The notes under the pieces: model-generated
What the model saw: only the letters and a program-made list of their open reading frames with translations
What the model was told of the DNA's origin: nothing
The model's database searches: none
Part shown: positions 12,917 through 26,016 of the stretch, piece after piece
Numbering within the stretch: position 1 is the stretch's first letter
Layout of the letters: each line of letters opens with the position of its first letter
Assembly (NCBI GenBank): GCA_020536535.1
Contig: JAHLWZ010000113.1
Location: 1-64,000, forward strand
Length of the DNA: 64,000 nucleotides
Reading direction: 5' to 3'
From: Pelomyxa schiedti
Lineage: Eukaryota; Protista; Evosea
Program-made: the position numbers and the translations under genes

Positions 12917-13638
12917 ATGGCCACGGTACCAGCAGAGAACAATTACACCCAAGGCAGCAGACCAACTGATGCAGCTCATTGTGCAATCTACTACGTCACC
13001 GAAAGCCACCAGCCAATTGTGTTGATGCTGCTGCGCTTCGACGGACAATTTGGTTTTGCAGGTTGGCTGGCAGTGACCCTTGTTTTTTTCTTCGCCTTTT
13101 TCCCCTTAAATTGAGCTCCCCTGGGACAATGTTGTTTGATGTCTTATGAATCTAGGAGGATTTGTGGATGAGGGGGAAACAGTTAGACAAGCTGTTGTAC
13201 GTGAAATTCAGGAGGAGTTGGGATTCACAGTTGAGCCCGAGAGGCCAAAGCTTATCTCCACTGAAACGACACCCAATCTAACACTGCACTTTTTTGCATG
13301 TGAGATTACAAAGGAGCAAATGATTAATCTTGAATCGCATTCCCATTCTGCCAAGCACTGGGGGTAACTCTCTTACTTTATTATTATCACCGCTATTACA
13401 TATTTCATTTTCTAACACCATACCCCCCAAATCGTGCAGAATAGAGGTACTTGGGATTGTCAGAGTTCCCACTTTCGACTGCGAATATGATGTTATCAAG
13501 CACATACCAGGTCTCTGTATGCGCAACTTCTTCCGCAACAAGTTTGTTTCCAACAGCCGGGACCAGTTGGTTGATATTGTAACCAAAGTGGACACTACCC
13601 ATGCAGCAGCAATAAGAGCACTTGTAAGCTCTTTATAA
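12917..13638 (+). CDS. NUDT16: NUDT16-like Nudix hydrolase (U8 snoRNA decapping/IDPase family); 2 introns
   Basis: LMLLRFDGQFGFAGGFVD, intact Nudix box GFVDEGETVRQAVVREIQEELG, LHFFACEIT and HWGIEVLGIVRVP match NUDT16 family motifs. Confidence 0.82.
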
Positions 13639-13931
13639 TGTACTGAGTTTGAGGCGATTCTCTTAAAGTTCATGACAACCAAAGATCTACCACAATTGTG
13701 GGTTGGCCACACACTTTTTTCGCGTGTTAACGGCCACACCTCGACCCAAAACCATTCCTTTAATCATTGATCACGCGTAGCAGATCTGGCTCGCTCTCGC
13801 GTTCCTTTTATAACCATTGTGCAGGTAACTTTTTTGTTGTTTCTTTTTTCCTTTGTTTGAGGATTTTGGGCTGTGCCCATTCGGTGATGGACTCCCCATT
13901 TTTTGATTTTTTTTAAATGCAATTCTGTCGC

Positions 13932-16900
13932 ATGGATACACTGACATCTCCGTCGTGTTGTGCCACGGCCTCAATGTCCCAACCACAACAACAACCACCA
14001 CAACACACTGAGCCACATCAGCCACCTACTACTGCAACAGCAACAACTGTAACATCACCATCACCATCACCGTCTCCGTCGCCATCGACGACGACATCGT
14101 CGGCTCCCGTGGCCGAGACGTCGCCGTCGGCCGCGGCACTACCCATAACTGCGAAACCATCGAAGGGCGCGCGCGCGCCGTCCCCCACCCGCGTGGTCTC
14201 CCCGCGCTCCACGTCGGCGTGCACCACCGCGTCTCCCGCATGCGCCACGCGCTCCCCTTCCCCCTCCTTCAATTCCTCCGTCGCGCCCAGATCCCCATCA
14301 ACCACCCCAGCACCATCTGCAACAGCAACAGCAACAACCACAACCGCCATGTTTTGTAGCAGCAACAGCAACAGCCACAGCGGGGGCACCGCGATGCTGC
14401 CGCCGAGCCCGCGCAAGGAGTCGTCGCCGGGGCCCGTCGCGGTTTCCGGAAACAACGGCCCGTCGCCGCCCCTGCTGTACTCGTCGTCGTCGTCGTCGTC
14501 GTCGGCGCCGACCACGCCCAAGACGCGGCCGGCGGTCGTGGTGGTTGTGGGCGAGAGCAACACGAGCACGCCGTCGCCGTCGCTGTCGCCCACGCCGTCG
14601 CCCCCGCACTGCAACCTGCCCCTTGTGCCGTCGCTCTCTTCCTCGTCCCCGTCGTCGTCGTCGTCGCCGTCGTCTTCTTCCTCCTCTTCCTCCTGCTCTT
14701 CCGCCTCCTCTAATGGCTCATCCTCGGCGTCGTCGGCTTCTCTGTCCTCGTGCTACGTCGCCAGTTCCACTGGCTCTCCCTCGTCCTCGGCGTCGTCGCC
14801 TGCAGCTTCGTGCATGGTACCGCTGTCGTTTGTGCTTGCGCACAGGCCCCCCTCTGCCCCCACGACCTCCTCGACGAGGCTGCCCACGACCCCCCACAGT
14901 GTTGGTCTGATGGGGTCCCTCGACATGCAGCTGCAGATGGCGGCGCAGCGCTCCCGCTCCCGCTCCAGGTCGCCGACCCAGTCCCCAAGCGGCACGCCTA
15001 TCCCGACTCCCTCGCCTTCCCCGCCTCTGCAGGCCATTGCCTTCTCGCTGCTGCCGCCGTCTTCGGGGTCGCCTGTGCCTGTTCCCCCGCACATGCAGTG
15101 CGGCGGCTTGTCTTCTTCTGGTGGTGCCTTGGATATTTTGAACATGAACCATAACCAGAGCCAGAACCAGAATTTGAGCTTGAGTTCTGGTTCGGTCAGT
15201 AGCTCCTCGACTGCTGCTGACTCCTCGACTTCAGGCGGTACTGGTTTCCATCCTCCGCGGCCACCGCCACCTCCACCTCCAATTGGCTGGGTTGATGTGG
15301 CACCTAGTGCTGAGGAGGAGGAAGGACTTCCAGATATGTTGCATAGATACAAGTCTTTTATCAATCAAGGTACATGCACCCCGGGATGAATACCATTGCC
15401 AATTCCTTTGTTTATGCTGACACACGTGTAGATGTGGCTGCTATTGCTGAACATTTCCGGAAAACTTATGCCGACATCAAGCGCACCACAGAAAGGCCTC
15501 ATGTTCTTGTTGTAGGCCCAACTGGGTATGTTCTGTATTGCCATTAATAATTTTTTTCATATTTTTTCTATGGCAGATCTGGCAAAAGCTCTCTCATAAA
15601 CTCTATCTTTGGTATGGATCTCGCCAAAGAGGGCACGGGAGTTCCCATCACAACACACTTCACTCGCTACGAGCTAGAAGGCAGTCCTGTTGTTGTGTAT
15701 GATTCCAAGGGAGTTGAGCACGGTCACAGCACAGAGTTTATTGATGCCACCCAGGAGTTTTTCAACTTGCATCATGTGGGCCAACCCGGTTTGTCTGACG
15801 ACCCAATTCACATTATCTGGTGTGTATATCACAGTCAGAAAGTTATTTAATTTCGAATTGGAAAGCATATTACTTCATTCAACCTTTTTTTACTCACACT
15901 TTTGGCAGGTATGTCATCAACTCTGCTGGCTCTCGCATACACCCATTTGAAGAAGAGCTCTGGAAAACCATCTTTGCTCCTCTACCTATAATGTTTTTGA
16001 TGAATAAATCGGACATCAGTTCTGATGAAGACAGACAAATATTACGGGCAGCTATTGAGAGATTGAGCCTCCCCAACTCTGTTGGGTACGAATTTAAAGA
16101 TACAATAATGTATTCGTAGTTAATCCAATTTAGGATCTTCGAAACTGTCTCTGGACACCACTCACAAGTGCTGAATGTTACCAAGTGTCCAAATTGTAAA
16201 AGTGATGACTTGAACATACGTAAGAAACAACGAGTGGCAACATGTGAATCCTGTCATTACCAGGTTGCGTTGCCTCTGCACACCTATCTCTAACAATCTG
16301 TGTTAGATTACCTTGGCGGTGTCATCACACATTGAGCTCATTACCAAGACAATAGACACACTGCCATTACGAAGCCGGGAAGCCTTCATTGGAGCTCAGA
16401 TTGTAAGTTGCAAGCATAAAGAGAATACTGCGAAGTTAATCATTACTGAGTACTTTGAGCAATATGTACAGGTTGTTTTCACTCTTTAATGCCATTCACA
16501 TTAAGTGCCTGCTAATACTAAAACAGACTCGCTTTTTGCGGCCATTACAACATCTCATTGCTGGGATGCTTGTGAGATTGGCTATTTTGTGGGATTTTGT
16601 TGATCGCGGTTCTGTGTTAGGAACAGCAATAGCACAGGCATGGGTCCAGTTCTATTTGGAAAAAGCAATTAATGGGCCTAGGACTTGTTTGCACGAGAGC
16701 TTTACTTCAGAGAAAGAATTCTCGAAATATTAAGGTCAGTGACTGGCTCACGTGCCTATACGACGGCTGTAGCGATCCTATGGAATAGGTCCCTCAGGTT
16801 TCCAAGTAGATTTTTTCTAAAACCTTTTTCCAGGTGTCTTAGAAACCTTTTTATGGAAATTTTCTTCAGTACTTGTGGAGACACTGTTTCTTCTAATTGG

Positions 16901-17538
16901 GAAGAGGTATAGACCCGTTGGTAAATTGTCAAACTTCATTTACCTATTTTCAGCTTGTGCAGAGAAGCTTTGCAGATTTGAATGGTGAAGCCCTACTTCA
17001 CATTGTCAAGTCACTTGCCTCTACTTGCATAGCAGATATCCTCGAGGCAGAGATGCCTTCTGACACATCATGGGGTGGCACACACAGTACACCACGCTCA
17101 AGTGCTAGTGCGACGCCTAGCCCACAGAATACAACGAATTTCTCCGCATTTACGCCGATTGATCACCCCGGTGCCTCCACGTCACCATCATTGTGCAATG
17201 CCAGTCCATCCCCAATACTCGATTCAATAGTAACACCCACACCCGCAATAGCACCAGCACCAACAACCAAGAAACTGCAGATGTCAGAACCACTACACAC
17301 AGAAATTCTCACACCAGAACCACCACTCCGGCCACCCTCACAACCGATTTTTCTACCACCACTTCAGCCACAGGCACTACAAGCCAACAACAACACACCT
17401 GCAACACCCAGCAACAATAACCTATCCATATCCACACACCCGGAACCACAAAAGCCACCACCCCCTCCACTTCCTTCATTTGTATCTGATTCACCCAGAC
17501 AAACACCCCCAGCAACAAACAACAACGGCCTCAGATAA
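13932..17538 (+). CDS. P-loop GTPase (MMR_HSR1/YcjF-DUF697-like) with long Ser/Pro-rich N- and C-terminal extensions and a Zn-ribbon; multi-exon
   Basis: G1 GPTGSGKSSLIN, G3 YDSKG, IHIIWYVINSAGSRIHPFE, G4 NKSD, and CPNC-x16-CESC after the G domain. Confidence 0.8.
14481..14502 (+). repeat. (TCG)n coding microsatellite (poly-Ser)
   Basis: Run of TCG triplets inside the GTPase N-terminal extension; similar runs occur near 14650-14700. Confidence 0.8.
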
Positions 17539-17673
17539 CCCCACAACAAGGCACACTACATTCCCAAACACCAAATTTTCTGGGCAACAGAGATCGAGCT
17601 GAGCTTTGGTGCCCCAATTGTTTTGTTAATCTACTCTGGAACAAAAAAAAATTTGAACACCTCATTTCACGGT

Positions 17674-19519
17674 ATGAAGCCCAATTCTAAATTCGCATAC
17701 AAAAATCTGGAGTTGGCAGGAGTATTTGCATCATGCTGGTGTATCAGAGGCGAGAGGACGTACTTTATTAAATTTCAACAAGCACTCTTCAACGACCCCC
17801 ACCACCCTATGTCAGTCGAACAGCGCGTGTGGGCGATGAGCGTCGCCGACACGCTGTTCCCTCTCGTGGCATTAGTGTGCAGGGCCGTGATGGGGGCGAC
17901 GGTGGAGGAGCACGGCGAGTACGGGCCCACGACCCACACGTCGCGACGGTACTTTGTGCTGCGATGCGCCGCCATGGCGGGCAGTACCAGGTGCATCGAC
18001 TGGATTTTGAGGAAGCTGCTCCCCACTAGGAACAACAGAGAGGAGTGCGTCACTGTGCTCAAGGGACTGTGTGCTGGTGAGATGGTTTTTGTGTGTTTTG
18101 TGTTGTGTTGTAGTGAAATTCACTGAGGAATGAATTCATACAGGAGGGCATATTCGGCTTGCAAAAGCGCTTGTTGAGAGTGGGGACACTCCATGGAGGG
18201 TTGGGGAACTAAGGTGGCCGGTATATGACACGGAGCTGATTAAAAGACTCAGGGACATTAACACACCAAGGTCACACAGCCTTTTGTATGATACGTGCGA
18301 GGGAGGCCATCTGGAGGCTGTCAAGTGGGTGATTTCCAAGTTTTTTGGAGTTGACACGGATGAGATGGAGCTTGCCATGCCGTCATTCGTTGCTGCGAGG
18401 AAGGGCCATACCGATGTAGTGAAGCTGCTGTTTGATGTGGCCACGTGCAGAAAAGATTGGTACCATTTTCGTTGCACAAATCAGTCGGCCATCCCCATTA
18501 CGATCTTTATTGGGGGCTTGGCGGCGGGCAAGAGCAGGCTGCTGTCCACAATTTTCCGAGTCCCTCCGGGTATGACATCGCCTATCCGCTATGGTCGCGG
18601 CGGATTGACAACAACGTGTGAGTGGCATACCGACATGTACGGCAGCATGTACGTCGACACGCCAGCTCTTGGTGTTGAGAGGCCGCAACAGCAGCAGGCG
18701 GTACTGGAGGCGCTCAACCGAGGAGGAACGTTCCGAGTAGTGTTTGTTGTTAGCCTGGTGGCGGAGCGTGTACGGCCTGGGGACGTCGCCATGATGTATC
18801 TTTTGCACAAGGTTGTCCCGACAATTGGGTCCGGTTACAGCATTGTGATAAACAAAGTTTCAGCCGCAGTGATGGGTGCAAGCATATCTAACAAAAAAGC
18901 CATTCAAAATCAGTTGCTGGGAGACTTCCCACCCACTTCATATTTTTACTTCTTTCCTGGTCAATCGTGGGATTCCAATTTGACTGAAGACTTTAGGAAT
19001 TTTATTCAGCACGCTCCTGCTGCTGCAATTCCCGGCGGTTCCATTTCTTTCTCCCTCCAAGACGAGCGACAGTCACCTGTTCATGCAACTGAAAGTACGT
19101 TATCCACTGAGCAGACGTCTCAGCCAATGACGGAACAGTTGTTTCAGGAACAGGAGCCAACAATACAAAGAGACGCAGCTGAATATATTCGAAGCGTATA
19201 TCACTGGGAAGCAGAACCGTTCTGCGCCACAGGGCACACTGAACGCAGGCATGTTTCATTTTCATACACTGCAAGTATTTGCGGTCTCATTCTTCACAGC
19301 CAAAGAGCCACTGAATTGACACAAGAATTTAAGCAAGAGCCCCACAACGGCAACCAAAGAACGGAAACCCTTAGGTTTAACATTCCAAGCAACGGACCTG
19401 TGACTGGTTACAGCTGCACCACTGCCAGACAAACAGTTCATACAGAAGTCTATGGTTGGAACCAAGCTCCTTTTTCTTCCCCGTTAAATTCAACATCCCA
19501 TGGCAAGCACAAACTGTGA
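17674..19519 (+). CDS. Degenerate ankyrin-like repeat protein fused to an AIG1/GIMAP-like GTPase domain; 1 intron (start 17674 or 17809)
   Basis: Repeats GLCAGGHIRLAKAL, TCEGGHLEAVKWV and AARKGHTDVVKLL, then IFIGGLAAGKS, GLTT, YVDTPALG, VVFVVSLVAERVRPGD and IVINKV. Intron 18077..18143. Confidence 0.75.
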
Positions 19520-19716
19520 AGTACTGTTTATCCAATTTATATAGAACCCTTGTTAATATAAGAAGATTATACATGATCAAGAATTATATTTGTTGTTATT
19601 CCTATTTACAATCTCTGTGGTTTAACGGAATGAACGCTCCGTTCCTACGAATGCCTGGATCTGGACCCACGGGACTGGTTTTATCGAAAGTCTATTTGTT
19701 GTTAGAAAACACGGAA

Positions 19717-21136
19717 TCAACTTTTTCTATTCTGCACTGGTGGGGGAGGTGGAGGCGGGACAGGGCATGAATTGTTCTGTTCTGTTTCTGTACTGCTTGT
19801 GGGTGTTTGTGGTGATGGTGAATCTGGGGTGGGCTCGTAAATTTTCTTGTTGCCACGACGGAATTCTGTGGCATAGTCTTGATGTACCGGAAGGTTCTCA
19901 ACAGGCCTAATTTGGCTCTGTGCTGTTCTTCCCTTTTGGAAATCAGATAGAGCAGCGTTATACGTCGGGCTGTCCTTGATCCATCTATCCGATTTTTGTT
20001 GTTAGAATTATAGCCGTACTTAAACTCTTCAGGAAAATATCTATCATAGCGGAATCCATAGCTTACTTGCAAACAAGAGACCTCTGAGCCACAGCGCACA
20101 AGTCGAAGCCCCAGAGGAAAGACATGAGCGGCCACAAGAAAGCCTCGCCCGAGTGCATCCTGGTGCCGAGCTCGGGCGGTACGGAGCCGTCGCCCCAGGC
20201 CCCCTTGGCCGACGCCGCGAGGCACTCGGCCACCACGGAGCGGAACACCGTGTGCCTCGCGTTGACCCACTCGAGCAGCTCGAAGTAGGTCCGCCAGGCC
20301 TCGGACTCTGGGCCCAGGCACACGGCGCCGCCAAAGGCCCCGGCGCGGGTCAGCTCCGCGACGGCCCGCAGCGACGCGGCGTCGCTGACGCCGTTGTGGC
20401 GGTCGCAGCCCAGGCCCGCGACGACCAGCAGGCGGCGCCACGGGCGGGCGAGCGCGGGGGCCAGCTCGCCGAGGGCCGCGACGGCCGCCAGGGTCACGGC
20501 GTCCTCGACCGGGTCGCCCAGGGCCTGCTCGTCGCCGGCCATGAGGGAGTCGCTGCCGCCGTCGAAGGCGACCACGGCGTCGACCGAGTGGGCGGCGGCC
20601 AGGGCGGCGAGGAGGCGCGAGAGGGGCCCCGGGGCGCAGGCGCGGGCGTAGAAGGCGTAGCAGGTGTGCGGGGCCCGCGACGGGTACTTGTGGTCCAGGA
20701 ACGAGCAGCAGTGGATCTCGGGCGCGTACATCTTGGACCCGCGGCTCCCCCCGTGCACCCGCTTGCACACCAGCCCGGCCTCGGAGAACACCACCTCGGT
20801 CGCCGGCGGCGGAGTCGCCGTAGCCTCCCCTCCTGTTGTAGTAGTAGTAGTAGCTGTAGTTGTTGTAGTAGCAGCCGAGGAGTCGGACTCGGTGGACGAG
20901 GGGGGCGCGTCGACGGCGATGTTGCGTGTGGCGCCGAAGCTGTTGCTGGCTATGACCACGGTCTTGCCCAGGCGCACGAGCTCGGGGTAGAGCAGCAGGC
21001 TGTGCACAAAGTCGAACCCGCCGCCGCACCCGCACAGCATCACGGTCCTGATGTCGGGGTCCTGAAGCACCCTTAGGAACGCAGGCTGCAGCAGGCTACA
21101 CCCACCGTCGTTCGAACTAGGCAACGCCGACGACAT
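19717..21136 (-). CDS. DUF1152 family protein; 1 intron
   Basis: LCGCGGGFDFVH, AFDGGSDSLMAGDEQALGDPVED and GLGCDRHNGV resemble prokaryotic DUF1152. Intron 19985..20066 leads to KWIKDSPT...IRPVENLP. Confidence 0.85.
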
Positions 21137-21183
21137 CGCACCGTTTTTTCTAGGCCGATCGAAATTGGTAGTCCAGGGTTTCA
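21137..21183. promoter_or_regulatory. Putative ultrashort bidirectional promoter (DUF1152 / F-box)
   Basis: 47 nt between divergent ATGs; contains ACCGTTTT. Confidence 0.55.
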
Positions 21184-22703
21184 ATGTCGGAGAGTGGCGG
21201 GTCCTCGGAAGGGGAAGCGAGCGCGAGGCAGACACGGGGACAGGGGCCGTCGCCCAAGCGCCCGCGTGTGTCGCTGGAGGCGGACCGAGCCGAGCCCGTC
21301 GTTGATGATTATGACAGCGAGGAGGACTCGGAGGACTACGTGTGGGCGACCGCGGCCACAACTACAACAACGGCGGGGAGGTTTGTGTACAACAGTAGCC
21401 CGGGTGCAGCGTCACCGTCGCCGTCTTCATCTAGCGGGAGTGAGAGCGACAGCTTACTTGGGAGTGAAAGTGATAGCGAATATGCGGAGGAGGAGGAAGA
21501 AGAAGAAGATTACGATGACGAGGCTACGGTTGCAGGGAAGAAGAGGAAAAGCGGCAGCGGTACTAGTACTAAGAAGAAGAATAAGAAACTAGATGCAAAA
21601 AAGGAGAGGAAGAGGAACAAGCCAAGGGTGCCTATTGGGAGTGTGGAATTTATTCCTGCATCGTGGCCGGCAACAAGGCGCAAGACACCAAATGGTGGAA
21701 AATAAATATACACATAAGGTGCATATGTTGCTTCCGGTACTTATTTCTTGATGCAGGTGCTATTATAATATCGACCACACCCGCTGCACCCACTACACTG
21801 ACACTGGCCGACTTGGGAGCTTGTGTGGCTAACGTCGGCGATACTCCAACCATATACTCACTTCCGACTCTGGTTTATCATTAGGAAGGGGAGCACCGCA
21901 CTAATCAGTGTCAGGCATTGACCCGAATTTTCCGTTATTGTGACTCTCGGTCTCTTGTTGCCGTGGAGGGCACATGTAAGCTCTGGTCAAAGGTTCTTCA
22001 GTCTAGATACCTACCTTCGTTTTCTCATGTTCAAAGGTAGTTCAAGACAGCGGGATGTGGGAAGCTCGTGGTGCGGCTTTGAGCCTCACACCCTGGAAGG
22101 TTCCTAAATGTCCTTCTCCATATCCCCATACCCTTTCAAGAAAGTAAATTGATTCTCCGCACCAAGATTGGACAGACAATACGCTCCCTATCATGCTCAC
22201 ATGATTCCCCATCAAACAAGTGTGTGAACTGTGGGGGAAAGACTACTGCCCGACAGGTGTTTGGAATGACTATGGTTTCTTTCAACTCCTTCCAGCCTTG
22301 GACTAAATTTCTTTTGTAGTGTTTAAACTGCAAGAAATCGCAATTCCTCAACAAAGGAGAAATACAGAGACGATTTCGGTTTGGCGTCCGTCGAATGGCC
22401 CAATTACGCCACGACGAAATGCAGGTAACTCTCCTAATCACAAACTAAAAAAAGCCTCTTCAAATTGACGTAATTTGTAGAACCGATTTGGGTGGAAGAC
22501 TTACCTTTACTTGTGGCCTGGTATTGCACAAAATAAACAAAAGTTGTCATTATCCCAACAAAACAACGAAAAAAGAAGTTTATGCTGCTGCACTGAAGAG
22601 GTATGGTAGCCCAATAGAATTAGACATTTCGTGCCCTGGGTGGGACACCAAGAAGAAGCCACGTGTCAAGGAGGAAAAGTTCTCAAAACCTTTATTTTCT
22701 TGA
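21184..22703 (+). CDS. F-box protein with C-terminal Zn-finger/XPA-like domain; multi-exon
   Basis: Spliced F-box IYSLPTLALTRIFRYCDSRSLVAVEGTCKLWSKVVQDSGMW, CVNC..CLNC, KTYLYLWPEVYAAALKRYGS, and an acidic/basic N-terminus with NLS-like KKRK. Confidence 0.78.
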
Positions 22704-22775
22704 TACCCTAACATATTGGTTTCCCTAAAAGGAGACTTGACAGAACATAAATGGATGATTATGAGCACATTGTAT

Positions 22776-25591
22776 TTACAACTGCTGAGAGTGAGTTGTT
22801 GAAGTTTATAATAGACAATGAACCTTGGTTTTCTTGTTTGTTTGCGAGACCTCTCTTTTCTCTGCAAAACATGATTTGACATATATCTCCAAGTTTCTCA
22901 ACGTGGCATCATCATAATCCATAAGATCCAGTTCAACGTCTTGGCCATCAGCTTGCTGTGTCATAGTTAAGTGGAAAGTCTTTCTTTGAAAAACACACCG
23001 AGAAGTGAGTGGGATCAGCTATTTGAACAACTTTAGCTAGCTGAGTGTAGTTAAGCTGGGATATTAGCTCGCCCAGCACTCGTTTTTCCTCAATTGACAT
23101 GTGTTTGACGTCATCACTGCATTTGACTTTAGTATCCTTGACAAAGAGAAGAATAGGCAAACAACATCTCTGTGTCATCTGTACTCAGATCCAGGGTCTT
23201 GGGTGTGGTCCTGTGGTAATCAAATCAGGTTTTGTTGATGTAGAAGAGGAAAATACACTTGTGAAGTAGATGATTTTCTCTTCCTGGTTGAGGCTGTAGG
23301 TTGTTGACTGGGTCGAGGCGGTGTATGAGTTGTCTCATCTTCCCATTTGGCTTTGGCCCATTTTTTCTCAAATATACCACTCAAGTCCTGGCTCCAGATC
23401 CATACATTAGACCCTTGCAGGTTATACAGTTGCGCATTTATCCACACTTGTCTGACATCCTGACAAAACTGTTCCTTGGTTTCATAAAAACCCCTTTCCA
23501 CACGATCCTAAAGTCTGTCAGTCCCACTCTAAGCAGGAAACTAATGCCTTTATTGTTCCTAAGTCCATGGGGTGCTTTATGATATCGAAGTAGGCTGGAG
23601 CGTTATCACGGTCAGGGTCAACCGGCTGGTTAAAAATGGCAGCGAGTTTGTGCTTTGTGAGAGCCAGGATGATTGATTTACAGGTTTTCAGATTTTTGCC
23701 ATCAAGCTTTCGGGACTTGTGGATTGTATTTGATGGCCGTGGAGAGCCCGCAGTATTTGCAGTGGCAGTGGGAGGAGGGGAGACCTGGCTTACTTTGATT
23801 GTTGTTGGGGTAGTACTTTGGGAGACCTGATGAGGTGGGGTGTTGGTTTGTGTATATCCAGGGGTAGTGACTGTAGGTTGTTTGGCTTCCCGCGGTTTTT
23901 CCTGCACTATTTAGGTATCAAACGTGGACTGTGAGAGAGGAGAAACCTTGATTGGCACATGGGATAACAGGTCATAAATAGTTTGAGAGCTTAGATCAAA
24001 ACTACCAGAATTGAATGCAGAGAAGTGTCTATGACAGTGAGAAACGAGATAGAAATAACGAAAAAGGCAACTGAAGGATGAAGACGGAGACATGGTCTGC
24101 AAGGGTTGGAAAAGCATTTGGAGAGGTATTAAGAATAGCAGAAATTTTTGGAATATTTTCCACAGATAAATGCTTGACAATATAGGAAACGCAATTTTGC
24201 TGTGTGCCGTTAGTTTCTTCATAGAGGTGTGTAACAAAACCTCTAACTCCTCCAAAAAGTAGGAATGTCCAAAAGACAAAAGTAACAATACTTGTGCTGT
24301 AGAATCCTCTTCACAATTGAAAATGGACACAGATCCTGTATACACCCACTCAAGGAAATATTTAAAGGTAGTGGCACTACTCCATGAGATTTCGAATTAT
24401 AAACAACACACAAACCTAAGCTCAGAGAACTCGAATTCACTGACCAATGGATGCTGCTGGAACAGCTCCAGAAAAAACTTACACCTGGAAAAGATGAAAA
24501 AGAAAGAAAGAAAGAAAAAAAAGAACTTGTGAGACAATACCTTGTTGCAAGAATGCATTTATGAACTCTATAGACACTTCCATCTACTTTTATAGTGACG
24601 TCACTGAGCAGAGATTCCGTTAAAAGAGATGCAATGCTGGGTAATAGAGAATTTTGCACCTGTGGGAGAGGAATTTCTTTTGCTTGTTAATTATTTATTT
24701 CTCTTGCCCCAAAATATTCAGATAGACGGGAACAAACCACCAAAGGTGAGTAGTTGCAATGGACTTGCTTGATGGTTGTTTAGAATGGAGCAATCAGCGT
24801 TATGTGCAAGAAGTTCCAATGCGACATCTTTGAAACCTTTGGTGCACGCAAGGTGCAGAGGTGTGTGGCCTTGCTTGGTTTTGTCTGTGAGATATTAAAG
24901 GGATAAAATAAGGAGACTGTGCATGCCATTAACACCAGCACCCTTTTCTAGGAGAAAGGTGCAAATGGTCTTTATTCCTCTGTTGGTATTTGAGATGAAC
25001 ACAATCAGAACTGTAGATCCAAGAAATGAGAAATGACAACCTAAAGCAAGCATAGTGCAGGGGTGTCCACATATCACGGTCTTTTGCATTGACATCAGCA
25101 CCATTCTTTACCAGAATTTCAACACAGCGTGCATGGTTGTTGCGTGCGGCATAATGCAGAGGTGTGGTCATCTGCTTGGTGACACAATTTACTGGATAAG
25201 AGGTGTCATTGTGAATGTACAAGGGCTACACAAATAAAACACAATGACAAGATGCCACCACGCCAATGTTTTCCAAAAGATGATTGCGTAAAACAACCAC
25301 CGATCCGCGGTAATAAATGCATTGTAGTGACAACCACAAGCAAGCACGAGCGATATAATGAGGCCACACACCATCAGCATTCGCCTTCAGCAATGTGAGA
25401 AGAACTGGTTCTCTGCCAAACACAGACGCATAGTGCAATGGGAATTGTCCAAGTGAGTCCTTCACATTTACAGAGATTCCTTCGTCAATTAGCTTCTGCA
25501 CTAGATCGTTGTCTCCTCTTTCGGCGGCATTGTGCATGGGATGTGCGAGGTCGGATGCCGTGGGGGGTAAAAGTGCCTCGGGTCGATGCAT
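22776..25591 (-). CDS. Ankyrin repeat-BTB-bromodomain-ET domain protein (3' end approximate)
   Basis: Ankyrins (PLHYAS, TPLHYAARNNH), BTB LSDVTIKVDGSVYRVHKCILATR, bromodomain IFNQPVDP..YFDIIKHPMDLGTIK..VWINAQLYN, and ET domain MSIEEKRVLGELISQL..VELDL. Architecture known from Dictyostelium. Confidence 0.92.
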
Positions 25592-26016
25592 GTATTGTTG
25601 TGCTTATAAACACAGTAAGGGAAAGAGTCGTATTCAACTCAGGCTGACAAATAGAAGAAGCGAAATTTAGTGTTTGTAATACGACACGAGATCTAGGCTG
25701 CTGTGTACTTTGGTATTTTTTTTTTTGGTTTTGAAAAGTTGTGACCGTTGTCTAGTTGCCACAAAGCAGCAGGCCGGCAAATTAAAATCGATCAAAGTCT
25801 CTTCTGGCAAAAAATAGAGATTTGATTGTAGATCTATGCAAAGACTGTACTTCTTGTAACTCTGGTATGAGCCAAGCTACTTCTCTCCTGAAGTACCAGC
25901 TAGGGACACCATTTCGTTCAAAATTAAAGCCTGTAAGGAAGATCTACTTTTTTTTTTGGATAGTAGGAAACGTGAACACTGGAGTTTTTTCACAATTTGT
26001 GGGGTGTAAAATGTTC

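Noticed and set aside
19692-21076. Long overlapping ORFs (447 aa minus, 307 aa plus) over DUF1152
   Set aside because: Shadow ORFs caused by extreme GC content and lack of stops; Arg/Gly-rich with no motifs.
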